Positions 37,907-48,261 of a DNA stretch of 64,000 bases are shown one piece after another; positions within the stretch are counted from its first letter, which is position 1; every line of letters begins with the position of its first letter. The stretch comes from Urbifossiella limnaea. Lineage in GTDB: Bacteria > Planctomycetota > Planctomycetia > Gemmatales > Gemmataceae. The notes beneath the pieces were generated by a model that searched no databases, had not been told where the DNA came from, and saw only the letters and a list, made by a program, of their open reading frames with translations. Made by a program: the position numbers and the translations under genes. Location of the stretch: positions 1,160,322 through 1,224,321 of the forward strand of contig NZ_CP036273.1 in assembly GCF_007747215.1 (NCBI RefSeq). Reading direction: 5' to 3'.

Positions 37907-39943
37907 ATGCGCCGCGTGATGCCCGTGGTCGTCTTGCTTCTGGCGTGTTCCCCCGCCGCCGCCCAGCCGCGGCCGATGACCCCCGAAGACTTGTGGGCCG
38001 TGAAGCGCGTCGGGGCACCGAGCGTGTCGCCCGACGGGAAGTGGGCCGCCGTCGAGGTGACCACCTGGGACGTGCCGAAGGACGAGGGCAGTTCGCAACT
38101 GTGGCTCCTCGCCACCGACGGCAGCAAGCAGGTGCAGCTGACGCACACCCCCGGCAAGAACGCCGGCCCGAAGTGGTCGCCGGACGGCTCACTCATCGCC
38201 TTCACCAGCAAGCGCGCCGGCGACGACGGCGCCCAGGTGTACGTCATCGCCCCGGCCGGCGGCGAGGCCCGCCGCGTGAGTGACATGCCGATGTCACCGT
38301 CCGGCCTGAAGTGGGGCGCCGACTCGAAGACGCTCTACGCCGTCGCCTGGACGTGGCCCGACACCCCGGACGACGCCGGCTACCGCGCCCGCGACAGGGC
38401 CGAGAAGGAGAAGAAGGCCAAGGCCGTGGTCATCGACGCCACCGTGTACCGCTACTGGGACCGGTGGCTGACCGACGGCAAGCGGCCGGTCGTGTTCGGC
38501 ATCGACGTGGCGGGCGGGAAGCACACCAACCTCATGGCGGGGTGCAAGCTCCACCTGCCGCCCTACGAGCCGGGCGCCGACGACTACGACGTGTCGCCCG
38601 ACGGCAAGGAACTCTGCTTCGTCGGCGACGCGTCCAAAGACCCCGGCCTCGACCCGAACGCCGACCTGTTCGCGCTGCCGATCGGCCGCAAGGGCGAGCC
38701 GCGGAACCTGACGGCGGACAACGCGGCGTCCGACACGAGCCCGGTGTACAGCCCCGACGGCAAGTCGATCGCGTTCTTGCGGCAGACGACGAAGTTCTTC
38801 TACGCCGACCGCCGCCGGCTCATGCTCCACGACGGCGAGAAGGCGCGCGAGCTGACCGCCGACCTCGACCGCAGCTGTTCGAGCCCGCGCTGGCTGCCCG
38901 ACGGCAAGCGGATCGCGGTGGAAGTGGAGGACGCCGGCTACGTCCGCATCGCGTTCGTGGGGCTCGACGGCAAGCGCTTCGCCGACGCCACGAAGGTGTC
39001 GGAGCGGTCGATCGACTTCGCCCGCGACGTACGGATGGGCGTGTACCTCCGCAACAGCTTCGACGAGCCGCCGACGGTGTTCGCGCACGGCCCCGGCATG
39101 AAGGAGCCGCGGCAGCTGTCGCACTTCAACGACGAGCTGGTGAAGTCGTGGAAGCTCGGGAAGGTGGAGAGCGTGGCGATCAAGGGGGCCGACGACGCGG
39201 CGGTGCAGATGTGGGTCTTCTACCCGCCGGACTTCGACCCGGCGAAGAAGTGGCCGCTGGTGCAGATGGTCCACGGCGGGCCGCACAACGGCATCATGAG
39301 CGAGTTCAGTTTCCGCTGGAACCCGCAGGTGTGGGCGGCGCGGGGGTACGTCGTGGGGGTGGTGAACTTCCACGGCTCCAGCGGGTTCGGGCAGGCGTTC
39401 ACCGACTCGATCACCGGCGACTACGGCACGAAGCCGCTGGCCGACGTGATGAGGGCGACCGACTGGTTCGAGGCCAAGCCGTGGATCGACAAGAACCGGA
39501 TGGCGGCGGCGGGCGGGAGCTACGGCGGCTACATGATGGCGTGGCTGAACGGCCACACGGACCGGTTCAAGGCGCACGTGTGTCACGCGGGGGTGTACAG
39601 CTACCACAGCCAGATGGCGTCGGACGTGGTGTCGGGCCGGCAGCGGGCGCTGGGGGCGTTCCCGTGGCTGGACATGGAGAAGATCGACCGCCAAAGCGCG
39701 CAGCGGTTCGCGGCCAACTTCAAGACGCCGACGCTGGTGCTGCACGGGGAGAAGGACTACCGGGTGCCGGTGACGCAGGGGTTCGAGTACTACAACACGC
39801 TGCGCCAGAAGGGGGTGCCGACGCGGCTGGTGTACTTCCCGGACGAGAACCACTGGGTGCTGAAGCCGCAGAACGCGCTGGTGTGGCACCGCGAGGTGTT
39901 CGGCTGGCTGGAGCGATTCATCGGTCGCGGCCCGACGCCGTGA
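37907..39943 (+). CDS. S9 family peptidase (prolyl oligopeptidase/DPP-like) with N-terminal beta-propeller, secreted
   Basis: Signal peptide. Repeated SPDGK propeller motifs. Catalytic GGSYGGYM nucleophile elbow, then D and H (ENHWV) triad. Confidence 0.85.
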   Translation: MRRVMPVVVLLLACSPAAAQPRPMTPEDLWAVKRVGAPSVSPDGKWAAVEVTTWDVPKDEGSSQLWLLATDGSKQVQLTHTPGKNAGPKWSPDGSLIAFTSKRAGDDGAQVYVIAPAGGEARRVSDMPMSPSGLKWGADSKTLYAVAWTWPDTPDDAGYRARDRAEKEKKAKAVVIDATVYRYWDRWLTDGKRPVVFGIDVAGGKHTNLMAGCKLHLPPYEPGADDYDVSPDGKELCFVGDASKDPGLDPNADLFALPIGRKGEPRNLTADNAASDTSPVYSPDGKSIAFLRQTTKFFYADRRRLMLHDGEKARELTADLDRSCSSPRWLPDGKRIAVEVEDAGYVRIAFVGLDGKRFADATKVSERSIDFARDVRMGVYLRNSFDEPPTVFAHGPGMKEPRQLSHFNDELVKSWKLGKVESVAIKGADDAAVQMWVFYPPDFDPAKKWPLVQMVHGGPHNGIMSEFSFRWNPQVWAARGYVVGVVNFHGSSGFGQAFTDSITGDYGTKPLADVMRATDWFEAKPWIDKNRMAAAGGSYGGYMMAWLNGHTDRFKAHVCHAGVYSYHSQMASDVVSGRQRALGAFPWLDMEKIDRQSAQRFAANFKTPTLVLHGEKDYRVPVTQGFEYYNTLRQKGVPTRLVYFPDENHWVLKPQNALVWHREVFGWLERFIGRGPTP

Positions 39944-39976
39944 CCGGTCCGCACGCCGGGCTGTTCTTCGCGGCGC

Positions 39977-42175
39977 TCATCGTGTTCGTCCCTTCGGCCG
40001 CTTCGCGGGCCGCGGCGCCGGCGCTGGGGCCGGCGCAGCCGGGTCCGCGGGCCCCAGCGCCGGGCGTCCCGCCTGCTCCGCCAGCTCCAGGTAGCGCACC
40101 TGGCTCCGCAGCGGCGCCTCGCCCTCGGCCGGCTTCACCCGCCGGTAGGTGCCGTCCGGCAGCAGCTCGCGGGCCTTCACGTTGTCCGCCAGCGTCGTCT
40201 TCAGAATCTCGTCGATCACCCGCGCCTTCAGGTCCGGCTGCTCGATCGGGAACACCACCTCCACGCGGCGGCTCAGGTTGCGGTCCATCCAGTCGGCGCT
40301 GCCGGTGAACACCTCCGGGCTGCCGTCGTTCTCGAAGTAGAAGATGCGGCTGTGCTCCAGGAACCGGTCCACCACCGACGTGACGCGGATCGTCTCGCTC
40401 ACGCCCGGCAGGCCCGGCCGCAGCGCACAGATGCCGCGGCACACGAGGTGAATCGGCACCCCGGCCTGGCTCGCCTTGTACAGCGCCTTCACGACCGCCG
40501 GTTCGAGCAGGCCGTTGAGCTTGGCGAGGATGCGCGCCGGCTTCCCGGCCGCGGCGTTCGCCGCCTCGCGCTCGATCTTCTCGATCATCGACGCCTGCAA
40601 CCGGCTCGGGGCCACGATCAGCTTCCGCCACTGCGGCAGCTCGGCGTACCCGGTCAGGTAGTTGAACAAGGCCGACACGTCGTCCGCGAAGTCGGGGTTG
40701 GCGGTGAAGAAGCCCAGGTCGGTGTAGATGCGGGCGGTCGTCGGGTTGTAGTTGCCGGTGGCCAGGTGGACGTAGCGGCGGATGGTGTTGTCCTCCTCGC
40801 GCCGCACCACCAGCGCCACCTTGCAGTGCGTCTTCAGCCCGACGAACCCGAACACCACGTGCACGCCGCTCTTCTCCAGCTCCTTCGCCCACAGGATGTT
40901 CCGCTCCTCGTCCAGCCGGGCCTTCAGCTCGATGACCGCGGTGACCTGCTTGCCGCGGTCGGCGGCCCGCTGCAGCGCCCGCACGACCGGCGAGTCGGAA
41001 CTGGTGCGGTAGAGCGTCTGCTTGATGGCGAGGACGCGGTCGTCTGCGGCCGCGGCCTCGATGAAGTCCACGACGTGCGCGAACGACTCGTACGGGTGGT
41101 GGACGAGGATGTCGCGGCCGCGCACCGCCGCCCACGGGCTGAGCGCCTGCGCGAACGCGGCCACCTGGGCCGGCACGAACGGCGGGTCGCGCAGGTCGGG
41201 GAAGCCCGGCAGGCCGTACACCTGGAACAGGCCGGTGAGGTCGAGCAGGCCGCGGACCGGGTACACGTCCTCGGGGTCGAGGTCGAGCGCGCTGGTGAGG
41301 AACTGTTCCAGGTCGGGGGGGGCGCCGGCTTCGATTTCGAGCCGCACCGCGTGCCCGCGGCGGCGGGCCTTCACCTGGGCCTCGATCGCCTGCAGCAGGT
41401 CGTCCACGCCTTCGTCGTCGATCTCGTACTCGCTGTCGCGGGTGACGCGGAAGCACACGGCCTCGCCGAGTTCCATGCCGGGGAACAGGTCCGACAGCTG
41501 GGCCTTGATGACGGCTTCGAGCGGCGCGAGGACGTGGAGCGGGCCGCTGGTGCCGTTGCGGGCGGGGTTGCCGCTGGGCAGCGGCACGAACCGCGGCAGC
41601 ACGGCCGGCACCTGCACCACGGCGTACAGCGGGTCGGCGTCGCCCGGCCGGCGGACGGTGACGGCGAGGTTCAGCGACTTGTTCAGCAGGTGCGGGAACG
41701 GGTGAGCGGGGTCGGTGGCCAGCGGCGTGAGCACCGGGAAGATTTCGCGGCGGAACAGTTCGCGGGCGTGCTTCAGGTCGTCGCCGGTGAGCGGCTCGGC
41801 CCAGCGGATGACGACGCCCTTCGCCTCCAGCGCCGGCAGCACCTCGTCCTTGAGGACGCGGTACAGGGCGGCGGTCATGTCGCGGACGGCGGCGGCGATC
41901 TTCTCGGCCTGCACGACCGGCGGCGTACGGTCGGCGCCACTTCCCTGCGGGACGCCGGCCGCGACCTTCTGCTGGAGCCCGCCGACGCGGACCATGAAGA
42001 ACTCGTCCAGGTTGGCGCTGAAGATGGCGAGGAACTTCAAGCGCTCGAGCAGCGGGACGGTCGGGTCCTGGGCTTCTTCGAGGACGCGGCGGTTGAACTG
42101 GAGCCAGCTCAGCTCGCGGTTGAGGTACAACGACGGGTCGTCGAGGTTGGCGGGGGCGGCGGGGGTCGCGGACAT
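39977..42175 (-). CDS. ppk: polyphosphate kinase 1
   Basis: NRELSWLQFNRRVLEEA, FLAIFSANLDEFFMVR, and the PLD-like HxK region (VGLKTHCKVALVVRRE). 732 aa. Confidence 0.9.
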   Translation of the reverse strand: MSATPAAPANLDDPSLYLNRELSWLQFNRRVLEEAQDPTVPLLERLKFLAIFSANLDEFFMVRVGGLQQKVAAGVPQGSGADRTPPVVQAEKIAAAVRDMTAALYRVLKDEVLPALEAKGVVIRWAEPLTGDDLKHARELFRREIFPVLTPLATDPAHPFPHLLNKSLNLAVTVRRPGDADPLYAVVQVPAVLPRFVPLPSGNPARNGTSGPLHVLAPLEAVIKAQLSDLFPGMELGEAVCFRVTRDSEYEIDDEGVDDLLQAIEAQVKARRRGHAVRLEIEAGAPPDLEQFLTSALDLDPEDVYPVRGLLDLTGLFQVYGLPGFPDLRDPPFVPAQVAAFAQALSPWAAVRGRDILVHHPYESFAHVVDFIEAAAADDRVLAIKQTLYRTSSDSPVVRALQRAADRGKQVTAVIELKARLDEERNILWAKELEKSGVHVVFGFVGLKTHCKVALVVRREEDNTIRRYVHLATGNYNPTTARIYTDLGFFTANPDFADDVSALFNYLTGYAELPQWRKLIVAPSRLQASMIEKIEREAANAAAGKPARILAKLNGLLEPAVVKALYKASQAGVPIHLVCRGICALRPGLPGVSETIRVTSVVDRFLEHSRIFYFENDGSPEVFTGSADWMDRNLSRRVEVVFPIEQPDLKARVIDEILKTTLADNVKARELLPDGTYRRVKPAEGEAPLRSQVRYLELAEQAGRPALGPADPAAPAPAPAPRPAKRPKGRTR

Positions 42176-42310
42176 CGGGAATCCTTCGCGGCGCCGGTCG
42201 GCGGGCTAACGGGATAATGTACGCCCGGCGGCCGGCGGCGGCGAGGCGGGCCGGGCGATCGGGAATGGCTCTCCCCGTTCGCGCGCCCCCTCGCCTCTGC
42301 CCCGTCCTCG

Positions 42311-45300
42311 TCACTCTTTCCGGTCCACGGTGACGATCACCCGCAGCCCGTCCTCCTCGAAGCGGATGACGCCGGTCAGCCCGCCGAACGACTTCAGCAG
42401 CCGGCCGGTGCTGCTCGCCGCGGTCGGGCCGGTCGGCTGGCGCGGGTCGTCGTGCCCGCCGTGGACCGAACACCGGCACGCCCGGCCGTCGGCCGCCAGC
42501 TCGTAGGCGCCGCCGTCCGGGCAGAACGGCCGCTCGCCGTACACGCGGCCGACACGGCCCAGTAGCTCGGCCGGCGGCGCCCCGACTGCGGGCCGACGGT
42601 CGTTCCACCCGCGGTTCACGTTGGCGAGCATGTCGAGGTTGGCGTGGCACGCGGCCCGGCTTCCCTCGGCCCAGCCGAGGTTGTAGCCCGGCAGCACCGC
42701 GTTCCAGTTCTCCGGCCGGAGGCGCAGCACCGCGTGCGCCGGCTCCGTCCGCGGCGGCCGGTTGCCCGCCGCGTGCGCCGCCGCGATGTCCTCCAGGATG
42801 AACGGCCGCGTCGTGACGTACAGCCCGTCGCCGATGCGGCCCCAGTAGACGCGCAGCTTCAGCCCCGCGAACGACACCACGGCGCAGCGGATCGTGTGCG
42901 GGGCGGGGAAGGGCACGCGGTAGAAGTCGACGTCGCGCCGCCACTCCAGCCCGGTGCCGGTCAGCTGCGACCGCGCGGTCAGGAACAACTTGTCGAGCTC
43001 GCCGAGGTACTCGTCCACCACCTTCGCGTCGCGCACCGGGACGGAGATCGACGACGCCCCGAACACGAACCGCACGCCGAGGCCGAGCGACGTGAGGCCC
43101 GCCCCCTGGCCACCGCCGAACAGGCCCGACAGGTCCGTGTCGAGCAGCCGCGGGGCGTCGTGCATGTGGAAGCCGACGTGGTCGCCGATGCCGTCGCGGA
43201 GGAAGCGGCGGAGCTTGTTCAGGTCGACGCCCGCCGCCTCCAGTTCCTGCAAGTCGTGCGGCGCGAGGCGGAACTCGCGCAGCAGGCCCGGCAGCCACGG
43301 CCCCTGCGGCTGTGCCAGCTCGTCGCCCGGCCCGAGGGTCACCTCCTCGTCGCCGGCCGGCGAGACCAGCGCCGCGAACGTCTTCGGGTCGAGCCGCGGC
43401 GACAGCCGCTTCGTCGACCCGTCGGCCATGACCACGTCGATCGCCTCGGCGCCGGGCACGACCACGCCCTTGAGCGGGTCGGCCGGGTCGAACGGCAGGT
43501 CGTCGGGCTTCGTCCACACCACTGCCCGCGCCGGGTCGGCGGCCACCGCCAGCACGGTGTTCGCGGTGCCGTCGGTAATGTCGGCGAGCGTGACCTTGGC
43601 GCGGCCCGGCGGCGACAGCGTGTTCTTCCCCGCCGGCACGACGAACGTGGTCTTGCCGGCGGCGACGAGCGCCGGGTCGTTCGGGTGGTACAGGCGCGGC
43701 ATCTTGTCGATGAGCTTCTTGTTGTCCGGCGAGTCCCACGGCTCGTCGAGCTTGAACTGCCGGTACAGCGCGTCCTGCTCGATGTACGGCAGGATGGCCA
43801 CGCGCCAGCTCAGCAGTGCCTTGCCGCCGGGGCCGCGGACGTTCGTCGTGGGGAACTTCGCGTTGGCACTCTCGTAGTTCAGCACGGCGAGGCCAATCTG
43901 CCGCAGGTCGTTGTGGACCTCGAACGGCGGCTTCGGCCCGGCGGGCTGCGGCTGCTGCGGCGTGTCGTCCAGGGTGCCCGGCCGGCCGTCGCCCGGGTCG
44001 AACGCGCGGAGCAGCTCGCCCGGATCGACTTTCGGCGGCACCACGCGGACGCTGCCGTCGGCGAGGAGGGCGATGAACCCGTTGCCGTCCGGCCGCGTCA
44101 GCCCGCGGAGCGGCTGCTTGGAATCGACCGTCAGGTCGGCCGGCCGGCTCCACTCCACGGCGGCGCCGGTCGCCTCCACCGCCAGCACCGTGTTCGACGT
44201 GCCGTCGGTGAAGTCGGTGAGCTTCAGCGCCCGGCCGCCCGGCGGGAACGCCGTCCCCTTGCCGGCGGGGCGGACGTAGGGCGTCTTCCCGGCGGCGACC
44301 GGCGGCCGGCCGGCGAACACCCGCGGCATCTTGTCGAGCAGCGGCTTGTTGTTCGGCGAGTCCCACGACTCGTCGAGCTTGAACTGGCGGTACAGCGCCT
44401 CCTGCTCGACGTACGGCAGGATGGCCACCCGCCAGCTCAGCAGCGCCTTGCCGTCCTTGTCGCGGATGTCGTCCGGCAGCTTCTGGAAGGCGTCGAGGTA
44501 GACGTGGAACGCGAGGCCGATCTGCTTGAAATCGTTCGTCGCCTGCGTCCGCTCGGCCGCCCCGCGGATGCCCACCGGCCGCGCGGCCGGGGCGCCGGGC
44601 GCCGGGTTTTTCGCCGGCTGGTCCGGCCCCAGGATGTCGAGCATCTGCCGCTTCGGCAGGTGGACCCACACGCCGCCGAGCTCGCGGCGCGGCGTCGGCA
44701 GCAGGTCCATCGGCGCCGGCGGGCCGGCGCCGCGCGCCAGCTCGGTGTAAATCGAGTTGTCGATCAGCGGCAGCACCAGCGTTTCGAGCCGGTACTGCTT
44801 CGGCGTCAGCGTCAGCCGCACCGCGATCGGGTCGAAGAACGTCCGCCAGTACTGGCTGTAGTCGGCCACGAACCCGCGGTACTCGTCGGCCTCGGCGGCG
44901 GTCACCTCGGTCACCAGCCGCTCGACGCACGGGGTCATCGCCTCCACCCGGCCGAACCGCGAGCAGACGCCGGACATGCCGTCGGGCGACAGCGAGTACG
45001 TGCCGCCGTCCGGGTGGGCGAGTTCGCCGCGGCCGAACACGCCGGGGGCGCAGTTCGTCTCCGCGAGTTCCTCCAGCGACCGCGGCGCCCGGCCGTGCTC
45101 GGTGCGGAACAACAGCGCCGCGTGGCCGATCATGCGGAGGTGGTTGTACGCCATCACCCGCCGCCGCTCGGTCAGCTTCAGCTGCGGGCCGGTCAGCCGG
45201 CGGATGAAGGCGTCGGACAGGTAGACGAAGCCGTCCTCGTCGGCGCCGCGGGCCATGCGGGTGCGGACGTACTTGAACTCGGCCGTGTCGCCGAGCCGGC

Positions 45301-46360
45301 GGGCGGGGCGGCCGTCGGCGGTCTTGCCGGCGATCGTTTCGAGGACGCGCCTGAACGCCGGCAGCGAGTTGCCGCGGACGTGCAGGTCGGGCCGCGGGCT
45401 GGCGGAGTACACGTTCACCGCGCCGTCGGGCGTGGTGCGGTGGCTGAACGCCACGCCGACGTGCTCGCCCTTCGCCTCGCCGCCGCCGAGCAGCCCCGCG
45501 AGGGTGCCGAGATTCCGGCCGTGGACGAGGACCGTCACGTCGCTCCCTTCGAGCAGGAACGGGTCGCTGCCGGTGACGGCGATGGCGTCGACGCCGAGCT
45601 TGTCGATGGCCTCGGGGGTGAAGGCGCCGAGGCCGAGCTGCTTGCGGATGCGGTCGGCCGTCTGCTGCGAGCGGGCGCCGCCGAGCGCCTGCGTGAGGAT
45701 GTGGCCGGACCACAGCTCCCCGGCGCCGAGCACCTCGTGCAGGCGGACGGCGGAGCGGCACTCGGCGAGGTAGTACTCTTCCGGCACGAGCCCGGCGAGC
45801 GGCCCCACGTCGGGCGTCTTGCCGCCGAGCAACTTCTCCCACGGGTGGCTCGGCTGCGTCGGCCCGGCCAGCGTGCTGACGGCCACCTTGCCCTTCGCCG
45901 GCTCCTTCGGCTCCGGGGTGCCCGGTCGGCGCGGCCGGTTGGGGTCGGGCTCGCCGCGCATGGTGTCGAGTTGCAGGGTCTCCTGGACGGCGAGGGCGCC
46001 GGTGAAGGTGGAGAACAGGTCGGCCCGCGCCCGCCGGCCGCCGTCGCCGAAGAGGTCGCGGAGGCGGTTCGGCGGGTCGACGGCGTTCTGCGCCTCCTGC
46101 AACCGGCCGTCGCGGCGGCCGAGCTGGAGGACGACGTACTGGAGGTACGTGTCGCGCGGCGACAGCGCGAGGCGGTCGCGGGCCTCGTCGAACGTCCACG
46201 CGGCACCGTCGGCCTTCGGCGGGGGCTGGCCGACGACGCTCGCCGGCCGCAACAGGGCGACGACGGCGAGCACGAACGCCGCCTCGACCGCGACCGCGGC
46301 CGCGAACGCGACCCCGGGCAGGGCGGCCCGGCAGCCGCGGGCGAGCAGGTACACGCTCAT
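42311..46360 (-). CDS. 1349-aa membrane-anchored protein with two tandem DUF1559-like modules
   Basis: N-terminal TM (AFAAAVAVEAAFVLAVVALL). Two internal 190-aa repeats, each with FKQIGLAxxY...ALLSWRVAILPY(V/I)EQ(E/D)ALYRQFKLDE(S/P)WDSP(N/D)NK...DGT(S/A)NTVLAV. These signatures are otherwise found in Planctomycete DUF1559 (pilin-like H-X9-DG) proteins. Confidence 0.7.
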   Translation of the reverse strand: MSVYLLARGCRAALPGVAFAAAVAVEAAFVLAVVALLRPASVVGQPPPKADGAAWTFDEARDRLALSPRDTYLQYVVLQLGRRDGRLQEAQNAVDPPNRLRDLFGDGGRRARADLFSTFTGALAVQETLQLDTMRGEPDPNRPRRPGTPEPKEPAKGKVAVSTLAGPTQPSHPWEKLLGGKTPDVGPLAGLVPEEYYLAECRSAVRLHEVLGAGELWSGHILTQALGGARSQQTADRIRKQLGLGAFTPEAIDKLGVDAIAVTGSDPFLLEGSDVTVLVHGRNLGTLAGLLGGGEAKGEHVGVAFSHRTTPDGAVNVYSASPRPDLHVRGNSLPAFRRVLETIAGKTADGRPARRLGDTAEFKYVRTRMARGADEDGFVYLSDAFIRRLTGPQLKLTERRRVMAYNHLRMIGHAALLFRTEHGRAPRSLEELAETNCAPGVFGRGELAHPDGGTYSLSPDGMSGVCSRFGRVEAMTPCVERLVTEVTAAEADEYRGFVADYSQYWRTFFDPIAVRLTLTPKQYRLETLVLPLIDNSIYTELARGAGPPAPMDLLPTPRRELGGVWVHLPKRQMLDILGPDQPAKNPAPGAPAARPVGIRGAAERTQATNDFKQIGLAFHVYLDAFQKLPDDIRDKDGKALLSWRVAILPYVEQEALYRQFKLDESWDSPNNKPLLDKMPRVFAGRPPVAAGKTPYVRPAGKGTAFPPGGRALKLTDFTDGTSNTVLAVEATGAAVEWSRPADLTVDSKQPLRGLTRPDGNGFIALLADGSVRVVPPKVDPGELLRAFDPGDGRPGTLDDTPQQPQPAGPKPPFEVHNDLRQIGLAVLNYESANAKFPTTNVRGPGGKALLSWRVAILPYIEQDALYRQFKLDEPWDSPDNKKLIDKMPRLYHPNDPALVAAGKTTFVVPAGKNTLSPPGRAKVTLADITDGTANTVLAVAADPARAVVWTKPDDLPFDPADPLKGVVVPGAEAIDVVMADGSTKRLSPRLDPKTFAALVSPAGDEEVTLGPGDELAQPQGPWLPGLLREFRLAPHDLQELEAAGVDLNKLRRFLRDGIGDHVGFHMHDAPRLLDTDLSGLFGGGQGAGLTSLGLGVRFVFGASSISVPVRDAKVVDEYLGELDKLFLTARSQLTGTGLEWRRDVDFYRVPFPAPHTIRCAVVSFAGLKLRVYWGRIGDGLYVTTRPFILEDIAAAHAAGNRPPRTEPAHAVLRLRPENWNAVLPGYNLGWAEGSRAACHANLDMLANVNRGWNDRRPAVGAPPAELLGRVGRVYGERPFCPDGGAYELAADGRACRCSVHGGHDDPRQPTGPTAASSTGRLLKSFGGLTGVIRFEEDGLRVIVTVDRKE

Positions 46361-46383
46361 CGGGAACCCTCCGGGGTGGTGAG

Positions 46384-48153
46384 TCAGGGCCGCGCGTCGA
46401 GCCGCGCCCAGTGGTCGTTCGAGTCGGCGGGCGAGAGCGGGCGGGCGTGGCGGCGCAGCTCCCAGACCGCGGCGCCGTCGCCGGACGCGACCACCAGCGA
46501 GCGGCTGTCGGCGGTGAAGGCCACCGCCGCCGGCTCCGCGGGCAGGTCGAGCGAGAAGCGGTCGGCCGCCGCCGCCACGTCCCACAGGCGGACGGCCTTC
46601 CCGTCGCGGTAAGCGAGGGTGCGGCCGTCGGGGGCGAGCGCGAACCACGACACCGCGGTCCGCGCCGTGGCGACGCGGGCCACCTCGCGGCCGGAGCCGG
46701 CGTCGAGCAGCAGTACGGTGTTGTCGGCGGCGACGGCGAGCGTGCGGCCAGTCGCGTGGTACTCGACGGCGTACGCCCCGCCGCGCAGGCCGCCGAACAC
46801 GCGGGCGGCACCCGTCGTCACGTTCCAGACGCGCACCGACTGGTCGCCGCCGGCCGACGCCAGCTCGCGGCCGTCGGGCGCGAACGACAGCCCCCACACG
46901 GACCGGCTGTGCCCGTCGAGGGTGCGGACGGCGCGGCCCGTCTTCGCGTCCCAGAGGCGGACGCGGCCGTCCTCGCCGCCGGTCGCCACGAGCGTACCGT
47001 CCGGCGAGAAGGCGGCCGCCCGCGCCGCGCCGCCGTGCCCGGCGAGCGTGTGCCGCAGGGCGCCGGTTGCGGCGTCCCAGACGCGCACGTCGCCGTCGTA
47101 GCCGGCCGCGGCGAGCAGCTTGCCGCCGGGGGCGAACACGACCGCCGAGCCGCCGCCGGGGAAGGCGCACTTCGCCACTGCGGTCCCGTCCGCCTTCCAG
47201 ACGCGCACCTCCGCCCCCGGGCCGACCGTGGCTAACGACCCGGCGGACGCCGCGACGGCCAGCACCGCGGAGCCGTGCGCCAGCCGCACCGGCTCCGCGA
47301 CCACGGCCGGCGCGCGAGGCGCGTCCGGCGGCGGTGGTTGCCGGTCGAGCGCGAGCACGCCGCCGACCACGGCCAGCCCGACGACCGCGGCGAGCGGCCA
47401 GCCCCAGCCGAGCCGCGGTTCCACTGCGAGCGTTGCTACCGCCGGCGTCACCGTCCCGCCGACGGCCGCGAGCGTGACGCGCGCCAACTCGGCCGGCACC
47501 GCGACCGCGGCGCGGGCGCTCAGGAGCGTGGTCAGCCCCGCGACGGAGCAGCCGACGCCGCGGCGGGCCAGGCGGTCGCGTAGTAGCGCCTTCGCCCGCG
47601 CCAGCCGGCCGTTCACCGTGCCTTCCGGCCAGCCGAGCAGCCGGGCGGCCTCCTCGCGGGAGCGGCCCTCGACGCAGCACAGCACGACGGGGTCGCGGTA
47701 GCGCGCCCCGAGGCGGTCGAGTTCGCCGTCGAGCACGGCGGCGATGTCGTCCCAGTCGTCGGCGGCAGGGGTGTCGGTGGGTCGCATCAGGGCGGCCTTT
47801 CTCTCGCGGGCGCGCCGGCGGGCCTCGCGGGTCCGGGCCTTCAGCGCCACCCGCACGGCGGTGCCGTGGAGCCACCCGGCGACGGACCGCACCCCGCGCA
47901 GCGCGGCCGCCCGGCGCGACAGGACCAGGAACACGGCCTGGAAGGCGTCGTCGGCGTCGGCCGCGTTGCCGAGCAGCCGCCGGCACACGCCGAGGACCAT
48001 CCGCCCGTGCCGGGCCAGCAGCTGGGCGAAGTCGGCTTCGCCGTGCGTGGCGGCGAACGCGGCGAGGAGTTCGCCGTCGGTGGGGCCGTCGGCGGCGCCG
48101 GGGGCGAGCCGGCCCCACAGGAGCTGTGCCGCGGTCGTGCGGTCGGTGGCCAT
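46384..48153 (-). CDS. ECF (sigma-70 family) sigma factor fused to a TM segment and C-terminal WD40 beta-propeller
   Basis: Sigma region 2 (DADDAFQAVFLVL) and region 4 HTH (VLCCVEGRSREEAARLLGWPEGTVNGRLARAKALL). TM helix WPLAAVVGLAVVGGVLAL. Then at least six WD-like repeats (VRVWDAATG, VRLWDAKTG, VRVWNVTTG, VRLWDV...). Confidence 0.8.
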   Translation of the reverse strand: MATDRTTAAQLLWGRLAPGAADGPTDGELLAAFAATHGEADFAQLLARHGRMVLGVCRRLLGNAADADDAFQAVFLVLSRRAAALRGVRSVAGWLHGTAVRVALKARTREARRRARERKAALMRPTDTPAADDWDDIAAVLDGELDRLGARYRDPVVLCCVEGRSREEAARLLGWPEGTVNGRLARAKALLRDRLARRGVGCSVAGLTTLLSARAAVAVPAELARVTLAAVGGTVTPAVATLAVEPRLGWGWPLAAVVGLAVVGGVLALDRQPPPPDAPRAPAVVAEPVRLAHGSAVLAVAASAGSLATVGPGAEVRVWKADGTAVAKCAFPGGGSAVVFAPGGKLLAAAGYDGDVRVWDAATGALRHTLAGHGGAARAAAFSPDGTLVATGGEDGRVRLWDAKTGRAVRTLDGHSRSVWGLSFAPDGRELASAGGDQSVRVWNVTTGAARVFGGLRGGAYAVEYHATGRTLAVAADNTVLLLDAGSGREVARVATARTAVSWFALAPDGRTLAYRDGKAVRLWDVAAAADRFSLDLPAEPAAVAFTADSRSLVVASGDGAAVWELRRHARPLSPADSNDHWARLDARP

Positions 48154-48261
48154 CGCCCCTCCCCGTGGTGCCCGCCAGGATGTGCCCGCCGCCCGGCTGC
48201 GGCGTACAGAATATTCCGAAGTTTTTCCCGCGGCGCGAACGGCTTGGCGCCGCTGCGATGC

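Noticed and set aside
38294-39889. 531-aa minus-strand ORF antisense to the S9 peptidase
   Set aside because: No motifs. The S9 peptidase on the plus strand has its full catalytic triad.
39918-46811. 2297-aa minus and 1322-aa plus ORFs overlapping ppk and the DUF1559 gene
   Set aside because: Wrong frame or strand relative to PPK1 and the DUF1559 protein. Extreme Arg/Pro/Gly composition.
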